NCBI GenBank assembly: GCA_050486505.1
Contig: JBJHDK010000003.1
Span: 3,242 to 67,241 of the forward strand
Reading direction: 5' to 3'
Length of the DNA: 64,000 nucleotides
DNA from: Fibrobacteria bacterium
GTDB lineage: Bacteria > Fibrobacterota > Fibrobacteria > UBA11236
Shown here: positions 58,334 through 64,000 of the stretch, piece after piece
Position numbering within the stretch: position 1 is the first letter of the stretch
Layout of the letters: every line of letters begins with the position of its first letter
The notes under the pieces: generated by a model
What the model saw: the letters and a program-made list of their open reading frames with translations, nothing else
Told to the model about the DNA's origin: nothing
The model's database searches: none
Program-made: the position numbers and the translations under genes

Positions 58334-59020
58334 GTGGACGCCAAGGAACGCGCAGGAATCTGGGCCGCCTCGCAGGTCGAGAACGGGATGGCGGTGGGGC
58401 TGGGAACCGGGTCCACCGCGGACTTTTTCATCAGGGAGCTGGCCCGCCGCGTCCGCGAGGAGGGGCTCAAGCCCCGGACGGTCGCTTCCAGCTCGAATGC
58501 GTCCACCGACCTTGCCGCGGGCCTCGGTCTCCCCGTGATTCCCCTCGGCGCGGCGGCCGACCTGGATCTCTACGCCGACGGGGCCGATGAATGGGATCCT
58601 GCGAAGCGCCTGCTCAAGGGGCGGGGCGGGGCCATGGTGCGGGAAAAGCACCTCGCGCACATGTCGGCGCGCTTCCTCGTGCTCGTTGACCCCTCGAAGC
58701 GCGTGGAGCGTCTCGGAAGCCGGTTCGCGATTCCGGTCGAAGTGCTGCCCTTCGCCGCGGAGCTGGTGCGCCGGGAGCTCGAGTCTCTGGGCGCCCACGA
58801 GGTGGTTTTGCGCCCGGCCCTCAACGGAGGAGTCCCCTGGATCACCGATCAGGAGAACCACATCCTCGACGCCCGCTTCGATCCGACCGGCGATGTCGCC
58901 GGGCTCGACGGCCCGTTGGCGGCGATTCCCGGAGTGGTCGGCCACGGACTTTTCACCCGCTACGCGGCCCGTTCGACCATTGTGGTGGGACACCCCGATC
59001 GTGTGGAGGTGATTCCATGA
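58334..59020 (+). CDS. rpiA: Ribose-5-phosphate isomerase A
   Basis: GLGTGST, DGADE, KGRGGA, PVEV, PGVVGHGLF; GTG start with AGGAGG RBS. Confidence 0.94.
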   Translation: MDAKERAGIWAASQVENGMAVGLGTGSTADFFIRELARRVREEGLKPRTVASSSNASTDLAAGLGLPVIPLGAAADLDLYADGADEWDPAKRLLKGRGGAMVREKHLAHMSARFLVLVDPSKRVERLGSRFAIPVEVLPFAAELVRRELESLGAHEVVLRPALNGGVPWITDQENHILDARFDPTGDVAGLDGPLAAIPGVVGHGLFTRYAARSTIVVGHPDRVEVIP

Positions 59021-59643
59021 GAGGTCTTCCCGTCGATCGTCGCGAACTTCCGCAGTGGCTTCTGAAGACCTTCCTCAAGGGGCTGCTTCTCGTTGTCCCG
59101 CTGACGGTGACGCTGGCCGTGTTCTGGTTCGTCTTCGTCAAGATCGATGGACTCCTGGGGTTCTCCATCCCGGGCCTGGGGTTCATCCTCACCATCCTTA
59201 TCATCATCGGCGTCGGCGCGCTGGGTTCGACGCTGCTCGTCAACCGCATCGTAATCGACATCGAGAAGGCCGTGGGGCGCGTGCCCATGGCGAAGCTCAT
59301 TTACTTCTCCCTCAAGGATTTCGTCGGCGCCTTCGTCGGCGAAAAGAAGCGCTTCAATCGGCCTGCCATGGTGTCGATCGCGGGCACGGGTGGCGAGGTC
59401 AAGATCCTCGGTTTCGTGACCGCCGACGGACTCGACATTCCCGGCATGGAAAACTCGGTGGCGGTCTACCTGCCGCAGTCCTACAACTTCGCGGGCAACC
59501 TCATCCTCGTTCCTCGCGAGCGGGTGACCTTGCTACCGCAGGGAGAGAGCTCGCGCTGGCTGACCTTCATCGTCTCGGGCGGCGTGTCGGGAGGCTCGGA
59601 TCTGACGGGGAATCCGGTGGAGACGCAAGTGCCCCCGAAGTGA
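59017..59643 (+). CDS. DUF502 domain membrane protein
   Basis: FLKGLLLVVPLTVT, IPGLG, LGFVT, VYLPQSYNFAG, IVSGG; ATGA overlap with rpiA. Confidence 0.85.
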   Translation: MRGLPVDRRELPQWLLKTFLKGLLLVVPLTVTLAVFWFVFVKIDGLLGFSIPGLGFILTILIIIGVGALGSTLLVNRIVIDIEKAVGRVPMAKLIYFSLKDFVGAFVGEKKRFNRPAMVSIAGTGGEVKILGFVTADGLDIPGMENSVAVYLPQSYNFAGNLILVPRERVTLLPQGESSRWLTFIVSGGVSGGSDLTGNPVETQVPPK

Positions 59644-59651
59644 AGAGAGGA

Positions 59652-59828
59652 CAATGGGGCAATAGAACAATAGAGCAATGCAACAATAGTACGCAGCTCT
59701 ACATGGTCACTCCTGTGCGCGGTCTGTGGTACCCGTCTTCGGCTGCGACTTTGTTGTTTCGCTCTTCCGCCTTTCCGTAGCCTTGTCGCTCTATTGTTCT
59801 ATTGCCTCATTGTTGCATTGTTCTATTG
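59652..59828. repeat. Inverted pair of 8-mer (CAATAGAA-like) tandem arrays
   Basis: 59652-59676 matches the reverse complement of 59788-59812 at 24 of 25 positions; five units per side. Confidence 0.8.
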
Positions 59829-59842
59829 AAAAACTCCTCCTC

Positions 59843-60763
59843 CTACCTCAACCCTTCCTCCAGCTTCCGGTCCATGTGCGAATCGTCCACGGGATCGAGG
59901 TGGATGTTGATCGACCAACGACCTTTCTCGAGGCCGCGGATGCGCATCTCGATCTCGTCGGCTACGCGGTGGGCTTTGCCCAGGGGCATGTGTTCGTTGA
60001 AGACAAGATGGAATTCCACGAAATTCACTTCGCCGGAACGACGGGTCTTGAGCTCGTGCATGCCGTTCACCAAAGGTGAATGTGTCATGGCGATTTCCTC
60101 GATTTTTTCCACCAAGCCATCGTGGAGGGCACGATCCATGAGCATGTCGTAAGCCTTGCGTAGCAGGGGAATCGCCTCGCGCATGATGTAGAGGCCCACG
60201 AAGATCGCGAGAAGTGGGTCGGCCAGTTCCCACCCACTGGCCAGGATAATCAGCATTCCGAGGAGTACGCCGGCGTTCGCCCAAACGTCCATCCGGTAAT
60301 GGAGAGCGTCGGCCTCGAGCACCAGGCTGCGCGACTTTCGCGAGGCGGCGCGCAGGTAGAGCACCAGAGCGGCTGAAACGAGCATCGAGACGACCATCGC
60401 CCCCACGGCGAGATTGAGACCCGAGGAATCGAGCGGGACCGGCTCCACGATCTTGCCGATCGCCTTGTACAGGATGAAACCCGCCGAACCGAGGATCAGA
60501 ACGCTTTCGAACAGGGCGGCGATCCCTTCGAGTTTGCCGTGACCGTAGTTGTGCTCCGCGTCTCTGGGCTTGTCGGCGACCCGCACCGTGATCGCGTTGA
60601 ACAGGGAAATGATGAAGTCCAGGAATGAGTCCACCGCCGAAGCCAGAACCGCAATCGACCCCGAGAGGATTCCTACGATGGTCTTGAGGACAGCAAGTGA
60701 AAACGAGGTGGCGGTGGTAACCAGCGTCGCGCGACGGGGGACGGAAGATTTCGGCGGGGTCAT
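59843..60763 (-). CDS. Cation diffusion facilitator (FieF-like)
   Basis: ASAVDSFLD, HNYGHGKLE, ADALHYRMD, HLDP. Confidence 0.92.
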   Translation of the reverse strand: MTPPKSSVPRRATLVTTATSFSLAVLKTIVGILSGSIAVLASAVDSFLDFIISLFNAITVRVADKPRDAEHNYGHGKLEGIAALFESVLILGSAGFILYKAIGKIVEPVPLDSSGLNLAVGAMVVSMLVSAALVLYLRAASRKSRSLVLEADALHYRMDVWANAGVLLGMLIILASGWELADPLLAIFVGLYIMREAIPLLRKAYDMLMDRALHDGLVEKIEEIAMTHSPLVNGMHELKTRRSGEVNFVEFHLVFNEHMPLGKAHRVADEIEMRIRGLEKGRWSINIHLDPVDDSHMDRKLEEGLR

Positions 60764-60978
60764 GACGGCGCAAAATTAGTTCCGGCATCGACACGTGTTT
60801 CGTTATCGAAAATGCCGTTTTTTCAGGGCTGGTGCTACGAACCACCCCTTCTTTAAGGAGATTCTGTTATGAATTGGGCGATATTGTCAGACAAACGGCT
60901 TGCGTTTTTATGCAAAACGAAATAGGTTGGCAGTACCCCGCGGTTTGCGGGAACCATTTCAAATAGAGGGAGTTAAGC

Positions 60979-61839
60979 ATGAAGACAAAGGTCACCCTGG
61001 CATGTCTTGCTTTGGTTGGTGCGGGTTTCGCAGCGGATATGCGCATGCCTGTTGCGCCCGGTGTCGTGGAGTTGAGCGCCGGAATTTCGCTGGATCGGGT
61101 TACGGGAGCTTATGATGCCTCGGGCTCGTTGAACGAGGACGCTGTCGGCGCGGGCTCGCCGATCGTCTACGGTCTTCCCTTGCGTGCCGAGTACGGGGTC
61201 ATGCCCGGGCTCAGCATCGCCCTGACCTTGCCGGTCATCATTGAGGAATCCTCGGTGACCCCCACCGTGTCGGGAGGTCGCACGGGCATCGAGCGCCCCG
61301 AACTCATGGTCAAGTACGCGGTGCCCGATCTTGGTGTCGCCGGTTTTCTGAACATTTACGTTCCGTTCGGTCTGGGTGACAATGCCGAATTGCCGGCGAC
61401 CATGCGCCTGGACAGGCGGACGACCGAGGCGGGTGACCCGGGTGCGGCGATTGCCATCGGTGCGGTCTACAGCAACACATTCGCCGGAAACTATAGGGTT
61501 TCGGGGTTGGCGGCTTACCAGTACAGCGTCCCCTATACCGACGGTGATGCCAAGAACAGCGACGTGATCACCGTTGCCGTGAAGCCGGAATATCGCTGGG
61601 ATGCGCAGGTCGGCACCTATCTCGGCATCCGCTACAACCATGTCCTGGAATCCAAGGACAGTGATGGCAACGCCATTCCGAACATCGAGGGCTATCGCCT
61701 TACGATCGCTCCCGGCTTCAACCTGGTCCAGAACGAGCGAATTGCCTACGATGTGGCAATCCCCGTTACGGTTGCCGGTGAGAACCAGTATGCTTCATGG
61801 GGGTTGCATGGAACCGTGCGGGTAACCTTGCCGCTTTGA
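60979..61839 (+). CDS. Predicted outer-membrane beta-barrel protein
   Basis: Signal peptide, alternating strands (LRAEYGVMPGLSIALTLP, LTIAPGFNL), ends VRVTLPL; GGGAG RBS. Confidence 0.75.
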   Translation: MKTKVTLACLALVGAGFAADMRMPVAPGVVELSAGISLDRVTGAYDASGSLNEDAVGAGSPIVYGLPLRAEYGVMPGLSIALTLPVIIEESSVTPTVSGGRTGIERPELMVKYAVPDLGVAGFLNIYVPFGLGDNAELPATMRLDRRTTEAGDPGAAIAIGAVYSNTFAGNYRVSGLAAYQYSVPYTDGDAKNSDVITVAVKPEYRWDAQVGTYLGIRYNHVLESKDSDGNAIPNIEGYRLTIAPGFNLVQNERIAYDVAIPVTVAGENQYASWGLHGTVRVTLPL

Positions 61840-61859
61840 ATCGAGAGACACCCAAAAGG

Positions 61860-61889
61860 AAAAGCCCGGGAAACTCCCGGGCTTTTTTT
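61860..61889. terminator. Bidirectional terminator
   Basis: AAAAGCCCGGGA-AAC-TCCCGGGCTTTTTTT. Confidence 0.85.
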
Positions 61890-61905
61890 GTCGTGCGATT
61901 CTCCC

Positions 61906-63540
61906 TTATTCGACATCGCGGCACAGGATACGGTGGGTCTCCCCGTTCGCCCGGCAGAAGGACTTGAGTCCTTCAGTGCAGGCCGGGAGTTCGCCGGTGT
62001 CCCAATAACCGAGTTCGCATCTCTTCCAGAGGATGCGCTGGCACTCGTTGCGCAGGGGGCCGGCTTCGCACTCCGCGCGCACGGGGGCGCATTCCGCGAC
62101 GCTCGCGGGATAATCGTTCTCGATGCACCATCGGCGTTCGCTCTCCTGTTTCCTCACGGGGTTCTGAGCCGCCCAGATCGCTGCCGAGTCGCATAGCCCG
62201 GGCGGGGCGGCCGGGCCCTCCACGGGGTCGAGACAGGTGGACATGGCATCAAGGCGGCAATCGGAACGCTCCCACCCCGTGGCAATGCAATACTCGCGGT
62301 AGTAGCCAAGGCAGTCGCGCGAATCGAACCAGCCGTTCTCGCGGCACGCGGCGGCCCGCGCCAAAGGGTAGGGAACCGCAGGGGTTGCCCCGTCGAGGCG
62401 AATGTGGATGTCGAACGAGTCGACGCCCATGCCCGCGAAGAAACCCCTCCCTCCCGAAACATTCGTGGGAATGCGGATCTTCGCGTTTCCTCCTGCCTCC
62501 TGGATGGCGAGAACATAGTCGGTGTAGTTCTGATCGACCCCGTAGAAATACAGCCGGTTCAGGCCCGTCCAGAAGAATGCGTTCGAGGTCCCCAGCGAGT
62601 CCAGGATCGATCCTCCCGTGGTGTTCGGAAAGTCAGGGAAGAACAGAAGGCGACGGATGTCTCCGGGGTAATAGAAACCCGACGTATCGGGCCGCAGGCC
62701 GAAGAGTTCGTCGAAAAGGGTGAAGGGGCGGGCCTCTGTGGTGTCATAACGGTGCGTCATGAGAACGCCGCGCACGTCGTTGCTCCGGAGGGTGCGAAAG
62801 AAGTGGGACAGGTTGGAGAAACGGCCTCCCAGATAGAACAACGTGTCTTCCTTGCCGTATCGTAGCATGTCGTTCTGCAGCCATCCGAGCAGGCGCGCAT
62901 TCATGCGGTCGCCGTTGCGACGCAGCCATGTCCCAAGCGCGGCGGAATCCCCGTCCATGGCGGTCAGGGTGTCGCCGAACTCCGCGATGAACAGCGCCCG
63001 CGGCCCCGGAGGTAGCTGCATGAATACGGAAGGCTTGAAGATGCTGTCGAGGCTCGCCCCCACGCCCGCGATGCTGGGCGCGACCGCGGAATCCGCGACT
63101 GCGAAGGAGGCGGGGACGTGCGCGACCGCCGAGAGCTCGGTGACGGTACGCGCGCCGGCGCTGTCCCACACGACGCGGGCGTTCAGGGTATAGCTCTGCC
63201 CGTGCATGAAGTGTGCCGCCGTGTCGCCCGCGAAGCAGTTTCCCGAGCGTACCCTGCGTTGCAGCGCCAAGGTCTGGCCCCCGTTCGAGAAGGTTCCCGA
63301 AATCCCGATGGAGATACTGTCGTAAAACGGCTTCGCATCGGTGAAGGCCTCGTCCAGTGCGAGCAGTCGCTCGATGCACACGTTTTCGACCGGCCGATCC
63401 GCCACTGCATACGCCGTCAGGGTCAGACCCTTGAAACCCGGAGTCCTCTCCGGTTTATAGTCCCACGGCCCGGGCAGGCACCCCGACAGGAACAGCGCGT
63501 ATCCGGCGAGGATCGGCAGGATTCTAGAAGTAAAACTCAT
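61906..63540 (-). CDS. Lipoprotein, DUF4249-like (tentative), with Cys-rich C-terminal extension
   Basis: Lipobox LSGC; GQSYTLNA and PTNVSGGRGFFAG motifs; overlaps the end of a TonB-dependent receptor; 14 Cys in the last 149 aa. Confidence 0.75.
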   Translation of the reverse strand: MSFTSRILPILAGYALFLSGCLPGPWDYKPERTPGFKGLTLTAYAVADRPVENVCIERLLALDEAFTDAKPFYDSISIGISGTFSNGGQTLALQRRVRSGNCFAGDTAAHFMHGQSYTLNARVVWDSAGARTVTELSAVAHVPASFAVADSAVAPSIAGVGASLDSIFKPSVFMQLPPGPRALFIAEFGDTLTAMDGDSAALGTWLRRNGDRMNARLLGWLQNDMLRYGKEDTLFYLGGRFSNLSHFFRTLRSNDVRGVLMTHRYDTTEARPFTLFDELFGLRPDTSGFYYPGDIRRLLFFPDFPNTTGGSILDSLGTSNAFFWTGLNRLYFYGVDQNYTDYVLAIQEAGGNAKIRIPTNVSGGRGFFAGMGVDSFDIHIRLDGATPAVPYPLARAAACRENGWFDSRDCLGYYREYCIATGWERSDCRLDAMSTCLDPVEGPAAPPGLCDSAAIWAAQNPVRKQESERRWCIENDYPASVAECAPVRAECEAGPLRNECQRILWKRCELGYWDTGELPACTEGLKSFCRANGETHRILCRDVE

Positions 63541-64000
63541 AGCTCAGCAGAAAGGGAAAGAAAGGAAACTGCGGAATCGTAAGCCGTTCCGGAGGGTTGG
63601 TCGAGCGGTCATAGCTGTAAAGCAGGACATTCTCGTGATCGGTGATGTTCAGCATCGTGAATGAGAAATTCCAGCGGCCCTCGCGCCCCCAGTCCACGGG
63701 CTTTACGTCCCAGCGAAAGTAAGAGGGAACGAAGGACATGTTGTAGCTGCCGTTTTCGGTCTGGATGTTCCCCTGAAATTCCGGCCCGGGCCCTCCCGAC
63801 GGACGCCCTTGGTTCTGGTCGATCAGGTGGGAGGGTTGGTACCCGGTCACGCGCGTGTAGGGAAGGCCCGTGGCGTACTTCGCCTGGGTCGAGGACCTGA
63901 AATACCGGCCCTGTTTTCGTGACGGCCAGATCCCGTCGCGGCCGATCCAGTTCACGGCGAGGTCGGCCTTGGCGCTGTGCGGCTGGTGCCAGCTCGGGAA
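63524..64000 (-). CDS. TonB-dependent receptor, C-terminal part (5' end outside the window)
   Basis: Frame open to the window end (FPSWHQPH...); YATGLPYT, PSYFRWDV, LNITDHEN, terminal YEFYF. Confidence 0.8.
   Translation of the reverse strand, partial: FPSWHQPHSAKADLAVNWIGRDGIWPSRKQGRYFRSSTQAKYATGLPYTRVTGYQPSHLIDQNQGRPSGGPGPEFQGNIQTENGSYNMSFVPSYFRWDVKPVDWGREGRWNFSFTMLNITDHENVLLYSYDRSTNPPERLTIPQFPFFPFLLSYEFYF

Overview
This is a GC-rich, gene-dense bacterial chromosomal segment with about 55 CDS. I found no rRNA, tRNA, CRISPR array, transposase or prophage. Two TIGR02147-family genes and secreted enzymes with T9SS-like C-terminal tails point to Fibrobacterota or a related FCB lineage (inference). 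Housekeeping genes include dcd, glnA, a ferredoxin sulfite/nitrite reductase, rfbA, adk, an M32 carboxypeptidase, purU, oppD/oppF-like ATPases, a dimeric dUTPase, nfeD-nfeD-floA, guaB, ilvBN, class II nrdJ, rpsD, a Fur-family regulator, aroA, htpG and rpiA. These are interleaved with lineage-specific envelope genes. The best candidates for undescribed biology are: (1) two paralogous cassettes pairing a TIGR02147 HTH protein with a translationally coupled lipoprotein that carries a shared N-terminal motif; (2) a tandem pair of paralogous unknown outer-membrane beta-barrels upstream of a secreted ThuA-like protein; (3) a DacB-DUF1460 amidase fusion lipoprotein with a composite REP/heptamer inverted-repeat element in its 5' coding region; (4) intergenic elements built from inverted 7-, 8- or 9-mer tandem-repeat arms; (5) two unusual Cys-rich lipoproteins. 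All family assignments come from motif recognition by eye; no searches were run.
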